64,000 nt of DNA from an uncultured Verrucomicrobiae bacterium (lineage in GTDB: Bacteria; Verrucomicrobiota; Verrucomicrobiia; Limisphaerales; Palsa-1400). How positions within the stretch are numbered: the first letter of the stretch is position 1; each line of letters opens with the position of its first letter. Under the pieces are notes generated by a model. The model was not told where the DNA came from and made no database searches. It saw only the letters and a list, made by a program, of their open reading frames with translations. Shown here piece after piece: positions 31,393-39,458 of the stretch. Location: NCBI GenBank assembly GCA_963707025.1, contig CAVPOM010000013.1, positions 32,001-96,000 of the forward strand. Direction: 5' to 3'. A program made the position numbers and the translations under genes.

Positions 31393-32622
31393 ATGAAAAA
31401 CAAAAAAATCAAACCAACACGGTCCCGGTTTAACGTTTTGCGCCAGATTTGCAATCTCATTCCTGCGCATGAAGTCTCCAAAATAGCGCGGGAGACCGGG
31501 GCTGTGGATAAGTCGCGCACCTTCAGTCCGTGGAGTCACACGGTCAGTTTGCTGGACGCGCAACTCACCCATTGCATCGGACTCAACGATCTGTGCGACT
31601 CGCTGCAATTGCATTCCGGGCCGCTGTCCACTTTGCGCGGCGCCAGCGCCCCCAGCCGCAACGGCCTCTCCCACGCCAACCGGGAGCGTCCGGCCCAGAT
31701 GGCCGAACAACTCTTCTGGCGGGTCCTGGAGCATTTGAAAGCACAGACGCCCGGCTTTGCCGCGGGCCAGCGCCGTGGCCCCGCCTTCCGTTTCAAGATG
31801 CCCATCCATGTGATTGATAGCACGACCATGGAACTGGTGGCCAACTGCCTGGACTGGGCCAAGCACCGCCGGCGCAAGGCCGCCGCCAAAACCCATATGC
31901 GGTTGAATCTGCAGAATCTTTTGCCCGGTTTTGTCATTGTGGACACTGCCGCCGAGCACGACAACCGACGGGCGCGGGAACTGTGCGCCGACTTGAAGAG
32001 CGGCGAAATCGCCTTGTTCGACAAGGGTTATGTGGACTTCGGCCACTTGCGGGATTTGGACGGGCGCGGGGTCTTTTGGGTGACGCGGGCCAAGGAGAAC
32101 ATGGGCTATGAGGTGGTGCGGAAAATGCCCGCCTCCAGAGACCCGAAGATTTTGCGCGACGAAGTGATCGTCCTGAGCAACGAGAACAAACCCGCGCCGG
32201 AGTTGATGCGCCGGGTGGTGGCGCTGGTCGAGATTGATGGAGAGGAACGGGAAATGACCTTCCTGACCAACAACCTGGAGTGGAGTCCGCGCAGCGTGGC
32301 CGACCTTTACCGCTGCCGCTGGCAGATCGAAGTCTTCTTCAAACAAATCAAGCAGACCTTGCAGTTGGCGGATTTTCTGGGCCACAACGCCAACGCCGTG
32401 CGCTGGCAGGTGTGGACGGCGCTGTTGACCTACGTGCTGTTGCGCTACCTCAGTCACCTCTCCAACTGGGCGCACAGCTTCACCCGGCTGTTCACGATTT
32501 TGCGGGCGGCGCTCTGGGAGAAATATGATCTGCTCAATTTGCTGGCGTGCTATGGGACAGCAGGCGGCAGCTTTCGCCACTTGGCGCGGCCCGAGCAGGC
32601 GTATTTCCCCGGCTTCCAATAA
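31393..32622 (+). CDS. IS4-family DDE transposase
   Basis: VIDST, FDKGY and YRCRWQIEVFFK (YREK signature). Confidence 0.95.
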   Translation: MKNKKIKPTRSRFNVLRQICNLIPAHEVSKIARETGAVDKSRTFSPWSHTVSLLDAQLTHCIGLNDLCDSLQLHSGPLSTLRGASAPSRNGLSHANRERPAQMAEQLFWRVLEHLKAQTPGFAAGQRRGPAFRFKMPIHVIDSTTMELVANCLDWAKHRRRKAAAKTHMRLNLQNLLPGFVIVDTAAEHDNRRARELCADLKSGEIALFDKGYVDFGHLRDLDGRGVFWVTRAKENMGYEVVRKMPASRDPKILRDEVIVLSNENKPAPELMRRVVALVEIDGEEREMTFLTNNLEWSPRSVADLYRCRWQIEVFFKQIKQTLQLADFLGHNANAVRWQVWTALLTYVLLRYLSHLSNWAHSFTRLFTILRAALWEKYDLLNLLACYGTAGGSFRHLARPEQAYFPGFQ

Positions 32623-32727
32623 AGCTATGGGACAGCACACGCGCCCAAACAGGCGCATACCACACCCAAAAGCCAAACTCGGAAAAATCAAAATCTCATT
32701 TTACCCCGAAGACCAATTAAACCCTTG

Positions 32728-34178
32728 CACAGCCATCCCACAGGAAATTGGAAAAAAGTGTTGGCTTGACCATTTGAACCTGCCACAAGGCAGGCATGAA
32801 AAACAAAAAAATCAAACCGACACGGTCCCGGTTTAACGTTTTGCGCCAGATTTGCAATCTCATTCCTGCGCATGAAGTCTCCAAAATAGCGCGGGAGACC
32901 GGGGCTCTGGATAAGTCGCGCACCTTCAGTCCGTGGAGTCACACGGTCAGTTTGCTGGACGCGCAACTCACCCATTGCATCGGACTCAACGATCTGTGCG
33001 ACTCGCTGCAATTGCATTCCGGGCCGCTGTCCACTTTGCGCGGCGCCAGCGCCCCCAGCCGCAACGGCCTCTCCCACGCCAACCGGGAGCGTCCGGCCCA
33101 GATGGCCGAACAACTCTTCTGGCGGGTCCTGGAGCATTTGAAAGCACAGACGCCCGGCTTTGCCGCGGGCCAGCGCCGTGGCCCCGCCTTCCGTTTCAAG
33201 ATGCCCATCCATGTGATTGATAGCACGACCATGGAACTGGTGGCCAACTGCCTGGACTGGGCCAAGCACCGCCGGCGCAAGGCCGCCGCCAAAACCCATA
33301 TGCGGTTGAATCTGCAGAATCTTTTGCCCGGTTTTGTCATTGTGGACACTGCCGCCGAGCACGACAACCGACGGGCGCGGGAACTGTGCGCCGACTTGAA
33401 GAGCGGCGAAATCGCCTTGTTCGACAAGGGTTATGTGGACTTCGGCCACTTGCGGGATTTGGACGGGCGCGGGGTCTTTTGGGTGACGCGGGCCAAGGAG
33501 AACATGGGCTATGAGGTGGTGCGGAAAATGCCCGCCTCCAGAGACCCGAAGATTTTGCGCGACGAAGTGATCGTCCTGAGCAACGAGAACAAACCCGCGC
33601 CGGAGTTGATGCGCCGGGTGGTGGCGCTGGTCGAGATTGATGGAGAGGAACGGGAAATGACCTTCCTGACCAACAACCTGGAGTGGAGTCCGCGCAGCGT
33701 GGCCGACCTTTACCGCTGCCGCTGGCAGATCGAAGTCTTCTTCAAACAAATCAAGCAGACCTTGCAGTTGGCGGATTTTCTGGGCCACAACGCCAACGCC
33801 GTGCGCTGGCAGGTGTGGACGGCGCTGTTGACCTACGTGCTGTTGCGCTACCTCAGTCACCTCTCCAACTGGGCGCACAGCTTCACCCGGCTGTTCACGA
33901 TTTTGCGGGCGGCGCTCTGGGAGAAATATGATCTGCTCAATTTGCTGGCGTGCTATGGGACAGCAGGCGGCAGCTTTCGCCACTTGGCGCGGCCCGAGCA
34001 GGCGTATTTCCCCGGCTTCCAATAAAGCTATGGGACAGCACACGCGCCCAAACAGGCGCATACCACACCCAAAAGCCAAACTCGGAAAAATCAAAATCTC
34101 ATTTTACCCCGAAGACCAATTAAACCCTTGCAAATGAACAGGTCAGCACCAGACTTTTCCCCTTATGAGACGGGTGTG
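32728..34178 (+). mobile_element. IS4-family element, inner nested copy (1451 bp)
   Basis: Same TIRs; 9-bp TSD AAACCCTTG at 32719-32727 and 34179-34187. Confidence 0.93.
32796..34025 (+). CDS. IS4-family DDE transposase, second copy
   Basis: Same as 31393..32622 except one residue (GAVDK vs GALDK). Confidence 0.95.
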   Translation: MKNKKIKPTRSRFNVLRQICNLIPAHEVSKIARETGALDKSRTFSPWSHTVSLLDAQLTHCIGLNDLCDSLQLHSGPLSTLRGASAPSRNGLSHANRERPAQMAEQLFWRVLEHLKAQTPGFAAGQRRGPAFRFKMPIHVIDSTTMELVANCLDWAKHRRRKAAAKTHMRLNLQNLLPGFVIVDTAAEHDNRRARELCADLKSGEIALFDKGYVDFGHLRDLDGRGVFWVTRAKENMGYEVVRKMPASRDPKILRDEVIVLSNENKPAPELMRRVVALVEIDGEEREMTFLTNNLEWSPRSVADLYRCRWQIEVFFKQIKQTLQLADFLGHNANAVRWQVWTALLTYVLLRYLSHLSNWAHSFTRLFTILRAALWEKYDLLNLLACYGTAGGSFRHLARPEQAYFPGFQ

Positions 34179-34322
34179 AAACCCTTGCAAATGAACAGGT
34201 CAGCACCAGACTTTTCCCCTTATGAGACGGGTGTGATTTTGCATTTATCATTTCCCCTTGGTTTCCCTTTGCACTTTTGCGCAAGGCTCGTCAAACGGCG
34301 CCGGATCACATAATCTCCGGTC

Positions 34323-35255
34323 GTGCCATTCGACCGCGAGAAAGTGAAATTGGAGACGGCCAGGCTCGCCGCCAGGGGCGTGTTCATCGGCACATCCTCC
34401 TGGAAATATCCCGGCTGGCGCGGGCAGCTTTACGACAGCGCCCGCTACCAATGGCGCGGCAAATTCGCCCAATCCCGCTTCGAGAAGAACTGCCTGGCCG
34501 AATACGCGGAGGTTTTCAAAACGGTCTGCGTGGACGCGGCCTATTACGCCTTTCCCGGCGTGCCCTGCCTGGAGGGCCTGGCCGCGCAGGTGCCGGCCGA
34601 TTTTCAATTCGCCTTCAAGGTCACCGGCGAAATTACCATGAAGAAATTTCCAAACCTGCCGCGCTTTGGACTGCGCGCCGGACAGCCAAACCCGAATTTC
34701 CTCAAGGCGGAGGTTTTTGAACGCGGCTTCTTGCAGCCCTGCGAAGCCATCCGCCCGCACGTGGGCCTCCTCATTTTTGAATTCTCACGCTTTTACCCCG
34801 CCGATTTCGAGCATGGCCGCGACTTCGTTGCCGCGCTGGACTCCTTCCTCACCCAACTCCCCCCGGGCTGGCCTTGCGCCGTCGAACTGCGCAACCAACA
34901 CTGGCTTGAAAAGGAGTACTTCGACTGCCTCGCCCGCCACCGGGTGGCGCATGTGTATAATTCATGGACAGAGATGCCTCAAATTAGTCTCCAGATGTCC
35001 CTGCCCGGCAGTCAAACCAACCCGCAGCTTGTTCCAGCGCGGTTCCTCCTGTCGCCGGGCCGGAGATACGAGGAGGCCGTTAAATCCTTCCAACCCTACG
35101 ACACCACCAAGGAAATCAACGCCGAAGCGCGCCAGGCTGGGGCCGCCTTGATCAGCGCGGGCCAAAAGGATCCTGCTCGGAAAACCTTCATCTACGTCAA
35201 CAACCGCCTTGAAGGCAATGCCCTGGCCACCATCCAGGCCATGCTGGAAGTGTGA
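34323..35255 (+). CDS. DUF72 (YecE-like) family protein
   Basis: FIGTSSWKYPGW, LAEYAEVFKTVCVDAAYY, FAFKV, AVELRN and YVNNRLEGNA. Confidence 0.88.
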   Translation: MPFDREKVKLETARLAARGVFIGTSSWKYPGWRGQLYDSARYQWRGKFAQSRFEKNCLAEYAEVFKTVCVDAAYYAFPGVPCLEGLAAQVPADFQFAFKVTGEITMKKFPNLPRFGLRAGQPNPNFLKAEVFERGFLQPCEAIRPHVGLLIFEFSRFYPADFEHGRDFVAALDSFLTQLPPGWPCAVELRNQHWLEKEYFDCLARHRVAHVYNSWTEMPQISLQMSLPGSQTNPQLVPARFLLSPGRRYEEAVKSFQPYDTTKEINAEARQAGAALISAGQKDPARKTFIYVNNRLEGNALATIQAMLEV

Positions 35256-35544
35256 GTGGCCGGTGGCCGGTGTTCTCCGGCGCTAAAATTGGACTTAACT
35301 CAAGGCCCTTACCGTCCGATGTCAACCGAGACGCCGGACTGTTTCCAACAGGCAGTTAGGCATAAATTACACCTTTTCCGGTGGAAAACAGGGCAATTTA
35401 TGCCCCCAGCCTCCCCAAAGCCGGACCAGCCAAAAATCTCCGACACACAAAATCGCCCGTAAATAAAGGGCTTTGGGCGCGTTGCCCCAACCCGCCCCAA
35501 AGGTGGCAATGCTCCTGCTAATGCTGTGTTCGCTTTGTGTTGCT

Positions 35545-35793
35545 ATGAAACTATTGATGCTTTTGGGGGGAGTGTTGGGGTTTGGGATTGGGCTGTTTTG
35601 CAGTCGGATTCAGGAAAACCCCTGGCCGAATTGTCTCTGGCACGCCTGCCTGGCTGCTTATGCCGGTGGCTGGCTCCTGGGTTGGTGGGGTCGCGCCTGG
35701 CAACGAAGCCTGAAAGATTCGGCCCTGGAAAACTCCACCCGTTCCATCTCGCCTTTGGCAAGTGCCTCCCCATCAAAACCTTCTAAATCATGA
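35545..35793 (+). CDS. Small membrane protein, first gene of the fliA-motAB cluster
   Basis: Two hydrophobic segments; ATGA overlap with fliA. Confidence 0.6.
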   Translation: MKLLMLLGGVLGFGIGLFCSRIQENPWPNCLWHACLAAYAGGWLLGWWGRAWQRSLKDSALENSTRSISPLASASPSKPSKS

Positions 35794-36623
35794 GTTCCAC
35801 CCTTTGCGACTCTGCCAAGCCCGTCAACCCACCCCCCGCCAGGAACCGCCGGGCCGAGCAGGAGGTCTGGCGCCGCTATGCCCGCTCCGGTCCGGGCAGC
35901 TCCCAGGAAAACAGCCTGGTCGAGCAGCATCTTCCGCTGGTCAGGACCGTGGTGGGGCGGCTGGCCATGACCTTGCCTTCCCATGTCAACATGGATGATC
36001 TTTACAGCGCGGGGCTGGTCGGATTGCTCAACGCCATCCGGCGCTTTAACCCCAAAAGCGGCTGTTCCTTCGAAAGCTACGCCCGGGTGCGCATTCGCGG
36101 CGCCATCTTCGACGAATTGCGGCGGCTGGACTGGGTGCCGCGCTCGGTGCATGAAAAGGCCCGCAAAATTGAAAAGGTGATGCAGGAATTGACCCAGCGC
36201 ACAGGCTGCGTGCCGGGCAACGCGGAAATGGCCAAGGCCCTCAAAATCTCCGAGGATGATTACGAGGAGTTGCTCGAGCAGGTCCGCCCGGTCACCTATG
36301 TCTGCCTGGACTCCGCGCAAAATGGCGAGGGGGAACACGGTTCGCCCTACGACTTCATTGCCGATGACGCCCAGCCCGACCCGGACCGGCAAATGGCCGT
36401 GCGGGAGCTGGCCCGCATGATCGAGGGGCGCCTGCAGAAATTGCCCGACATCCAGCGCAAAGTTCTGGCCCTCTATTATTTTGAAGACCTCCGCCTGCGC
36501 GAAATCGCCGAGGCCTTCGGCCTGACCGAATCGCGCATCTGCCAGATTCACGCCCAGGCCATCCTGGCGATCAAATCGCTGTTGCGCAAGGAAGACCCGG
36601 AATTCTTCCAACATCCCTTGTGA
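35790..36623 (+). CDS. fliA: FliA/WhiG (sigma-28) RNA polymerase sigma factor
   Basis: DDLYSAGLVGL, YARVRIRGAIFDELRRLDWVPRS and LTESRICQIH. Confidence 0.92.
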   Translation: MSSTLCDSAKPVNPPPARNRRAEQEVWRRYARSGPGSSQENSLVEQHLPLVRTVVGRLAMTLPSHVNMDDLYSAGLVGLLNAIRRFNPKSGCSFESYARVRIRGAIFDELRRLDWVPRSVHEKARKIEKVMQELTQRTGCVPGNAEMAKALKISEDDYEELLEQVRPVTYVCLDSAQNGEGEHGSPYDFIADDAQPDPDRQMAVRELARMIEGRLQKLPDIQRKVLALYYFEDLRLREIAEAFGLTESRICQIHAQAILAIKSLLRKEDPEFFQHPL

Positions 36624-36631
36624 GTTGAGCC

Positions 36632-37501
36632 ATGATTGTCATTGCGGGAGCACTGCTTGTATTCTGTTCGGTCATCGGCGGCTTCTGGCTGTCGGGCGGC
36701 AACGCCCTCAACCTGCTGCATGTCTCCGAGTTCGTCATCATTGGCGGCGCGGGCAGCGGCGCGCTCATTTTGATGTCGCCCCGGAAGGTGCTGATGGATT
36801 TGGCCGGGCGCCTCGCCGCCACCTTGAAAGGCGCGCCGCACAGCCGCGAGGCCTATAACGAATTATTCAAGGCCCTCTACGAGTTGTTCATGCTGGGCAG
36901 GCGCGGCGGCATGGTCGCCCTGGAGGAGCATGTCATTAGCCCGGAAACCAGCATCATCTTCGCCAAATACCCCACCTTCCAAAAAGAACATAAAGCCATG
37001 GAATTTTTGTGCAACGGCCTGCGCCCCATCATTGACGGCAAAATCAAGCCCGACCATCTCAAGATGCTGCTGGAAATCGAACTGGAAGCCATGGAAGAAG
37101 AGCACGAACGCCCCGTCAGCGTCCTGACCAAGGCGGCCGATGCCATGCCGGGCTTCGGGATTGTCGCCGCCGTGCTGGGCATCGTCTTGACCATGTCCTC
37201 CATTTCCGGGCCTATCGAGCAGATCGGCGAAAAAGTCGGGGCCGCCCTGGTGGGAACCTTCCTGGGCATTTTCCTTTCCTACGGCTTCATGAATCCGCTG
37301 GCCGTCAACATCGAGTTTATGAACCTTTCCGAGATGGCCTATATCCGCTGCATTGCCGCCTCCGTCATCGGCTTTGCCGGCGGGATGTCTCCCATTATGG
37401 CGGTCGAAGTGGCCCGGCGCGGCCTGCCCAGCGAAGTCAAACCCAGCGCCGATGGGCTGGAAACCATGCTCAAAGCGCTCAACCAAGTCCCGGCCCAATA
37501 G
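36632..37501 (+). CDS. motA: Flagellar motor stator protein MotA
   Basis: EFVIIGG, MPGFGIVAAVLG, GAALVGTFLGIFLSYGFMNP and AVEVARR. Confidence 0.92.
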   Translation: MIVIAGALLVFCSVIGGFWLSGGNALNLLHVSEFVIIGGAGSGALILMSPRKVLMDLAGRLAATLKGAPHSREAYNELFKALYELFMLGRRGGMVALEEHVISPETSIIFAKYPTFQKEHKAMEFLCNGLRPIIDGKIKPDHLKMLLEIELEAMEEEHERPVSVLTKAADAMPGFGIVAAVLGIVLTMSSISGPIEQIGEKVGAALVGTFLGIFLSYGFMNPLAVNIEFMNLSEMAYIRCIAASVIGFAGGMSPIMAVEVARRGLPSEVKPSADGLETMLKALNQVPAQ

Positions 37502-37515
37502 ACCCAGGAGAATCC

Positions 37516-38256
37516 ATGGCAAAAAAAGCTCATGCCGGCGGCGCCTGGAAGGTGGCTTACGCGGATTTCGTCACCGCCATGATGGCCTTGTTCATCGTGC
37601 TCTGGCTCTCCTCGCAGGATCAAAGAATCAAGGAGGCGGTGGCCCGCGCCTTTGCCCATCCCTTCTCCTCCGTCACCAAGGATTCGGTCGGCATCCTCCC
37701 CAGCACCAACACCCAGGCCATGAAGAGCAGCGAGGGCAATTTTGATTCCGCCTCGGCGGTCGAGCTGGCCATGTTGCGCCGGATGAACCAGGATTTCTTG
37801 AAGGCCCTCCAAACCGATTTTACGGAGAAGGACGACAACTCGGTCAAATTGGAGATGACTCCCGATGGCATCACCATCAATGTCTTTGACCGCGCCCACA
37901 AACCGATTTTCGAGCCCCAATCCACCCGCTTCACCCCCTATGGACAGTGGGTTTTTTCCACCCTGGCCTGGGAAATCGCCCGCTCCACCAACTTCTCCGT
38001 CGAACTGGAGGGGCACACCGAAAGCGGCAACGCCCCGCTCTCGACCGATTACGGAGACTGGGAAATTTCCGCGGACCGCGCCACGGCGGTGCGGCGCAAA
38101 TTGCTGGAGAGCGGGGTGCAGCCGCGCCAGGTCATCAAGGTGGCCGGCTTCGCCGACACCGTGCCCATGTCGCAACACGAGCCTTCCGACGAGATCAACC
38201 GCCGGGTGACGGTCCTGTTGAACCTGCGCCCCCACGGCAAAAACCCTTCCATGTAA
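37516..38256 (+). CDS. motB: Flagellar motor stator protein MotB
   Basis: GGAWKVAYADFVTAMMALF; OmpA-like EGHT, WEISADRA and NRRV. Confidence 0.92.
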   Translation: MAKKAHAGGAWKVAYADFVTAMMALFIVLWLSSQDQRIKEAVARAFAHPFSSVTKDSVGILPSTNTQAMKSSEGNFDSASAVELAMLRRMNQDFLKALQTDFTEKDDNSVKLEMTPDGITINVFDRAHKPIFEPQSTRFTPYGQWVFSTLAWEIARSTNFSVELEGHTESGNAPLSTDYGDWEISADRATAVRRKLLESGVQPRQVIKVAGFADTVPMSQHEPSDEINRRVTVLLNLRPHGKNPSM

Positions 38257-38268
38257 GGATAACTTCCC

Positions 38269-38544
38269 ATGCCCGACACTTTTGTTCCCATGAGGCCGGC
38301 CGCCATCTCCGCCACGGAAACTGGTTTCACCCCGCTGCCCTTGAGGCCGGGGCTTTTGGCCGCCGCCAGGACGGCCCCGGGAACCCATGGCCAGGCGGCG
38401 GCGACCACCCCGGCCGCGCCCCAGCCCCCGGCGCACAATTGCCCGCCCCCCAAAGTGACCTTGCAACGCAAGGGAGAAGTCGTGACCGGCATTCGCATCC
38501 AATGCAGTTGCGGCCAGGTGATCGAACTGAGTTGTCTGTATTAA
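38269..38544 (+). CDS. Small hypothetical protein with C-terminal CSC...C motif
   Basis: AAGGA RBS; PKVTLQRKGEVVTGIRIQCSCGQVIELSCLY. Confidence 0.65.
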   Translation: MPDTFVPMRPAAISATETGFTPLPLRPGLLAAARTAPGTHGQAAATTPAAPQPPAHNCPPPKVTLQRKGEVVTGIRIQCSCGQVIELSCLY

Positions 38545-38646
38545 AATCCGCCCGCGCCTCCACCGGTGGCCAGGCGCATGGCGCGAAACCATCCCGCCCG
38601 GCTTCAACCGAAACAGGCGCATTGCTCTTTTCGTCGGCCAATTCCA
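38541..38646 (-). repeat. Diverged duplicate of the uvrD/pcrA 3' end
   Basis: Encodes ELADEKSNAPVSVEAGRDGFA vs EWADEKSKAPVSVEAGRDGFA at ~39505-39570. Confidence 0.85.
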
Positions 38647-38667
38647 CCGCGTCCGCCCGGCGTGGAC

Positions 38668-38910
38668 TCAAGGTTGGCGAAGTATTTGGGCCATCTTCGC
38701 CTGGTGTTCCTTGCGGCGGGCAAGCTTGAAATCTTGGAAACGCGGGCCGAGGGCTTCCAGCAGCTCTTGGCGGCAGGAACGTGTGCCGGCAATGGCTTGG
38801 TCCAGCAGCGCGTTCCGCTGGTCCCGGCATCTGGCCCGTTCCGACGGCGCGCAGTTGGCCAATTCGTACCACGCCGCCAGAATCGCCTCTATCCGTTCTT
38901 CACGAGGCAC
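38668..38910 (-). CDS. Hypothetical protein, second gene of the mini-island
   Basis: GTG start overlaps the upstream gene's stop; 80 aa, basic and helical. Confidence 0.55.
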   Translation of the reverse strand: MPREERIEAILAAWYELANCAPSERARCRDQRNALLDQAIAGTRSCRQELLEALGPRFQDFKLARRKEHQAKMAQILRQP

Positions 38911-39310
38911 CGAACACCTCGTCCAGAACCTGGGCGCGTCGCGCATCGGTCATGCCCCCAAACGACACCCGCAGATTGACGTAGAGTTCTTCCAGCGTCG
39001 CCTCCACGTCCGCCAGTGTGACATCCGCCTTCGCGGTTACGTCATGCTGACGCAATTCACTGACCAGCCACTCGCCCATGCTGATGAGCGCTGACAGCAT
39101 CTGCTTCTGCATCTGCCGGTCTTGATCGGTCGGTGTGCCACCCATTTCTGCTTGGTAATAGAGCTTGGTTCCCTTGAACCAGAGAAACAACTCCTCCACG
39201 ATGTTGGGCGTTGGGGAAGCCATGTCCCGCGCGTTCACTACTTCCGCAAAGACTTTGCCCTCCTGCCAGCGCGTGCTCCGCGTCGGTTCCATGACTCCAG
39301 GTTCTTTCAT
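38900..39310 (-). CDS. Hypothetical protein, first gene of the mini-island
   Basis: 136-aa acidic ORF preceded by TTGACC-16-TATAGT. Confidence 0.65.
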   Translation of the reverse strand: MKEPGVMEPTRSTRWQEGKVFAEVVNARDMASPTPNIVEELFLWFKGTKLYYQAEMGGTPTDQDRQMQKQMLSALISMGEWLVSELRQHDVTAKADVTLADVEATLEELYVNLRVSFGGMTDARRAQVLDEVFGAS

Positions 39311-39318
39311 CGCTATAG

Positions 39319-39346
39319 ACTATAACCTGTGCTCCGTGCTGGTCAA
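39319..39346 (-). promoter_or_regulatory. Putative sigma70 promoter for the mini-island pair
   Basis: TTGACC-16 bp-TATAGT, 8 nt before the ATG at 39310. Confidence 0.6.
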
Positions 39347-39379
39347 GCCCGGTTGCCGCTAATGCGTGCAGTCAAGGTT

Positions 39380-39458
39380 GGTAGGGCGAGACTCTGTTCG
39401 AGCCGTGACTAAAAATCCCATGAAATCGAGTTACGGCTCGACAGAGTCTCGCCCTGCC
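39380..39458. repeat. GTAG-type REP doublet (REPIN-like) overlapping the uvrD stop
   Basis: ggtagggcgagactctgttcgagccgtgact ... agttacggctcgacagagtctcgccctgcc. Confidence 0.8.

Larger units (their letters stand above)
31325..34235 (+). mobile_element. IS4-family element, outer copy (31325-32727 + 34188-34235, 1451 bp), interrupted by a second copy
   Basis: Imperfect TIRs CACAGCCATCCCACAGG / CTTATGAGACGGGTGTG; 9-bp TSD ATTTTGCAT at 31316-31324 and 34236-34244. Confidence 0.93.

Noticed and set aside
34122..34235. 57-bp tandem repeat as a CRISPR or minisatellite
   Set aside because: Only two units with no spacer; fully explained by the nested IS right ends plus TSD; no cas genes
36632..38256. 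MotAB as Zorya ZorAB defence stator
   Set aside because: Canonical flagellar MotA/MotB motifs, no long ZorA tail, adjacent fliA and no zorC/D/E
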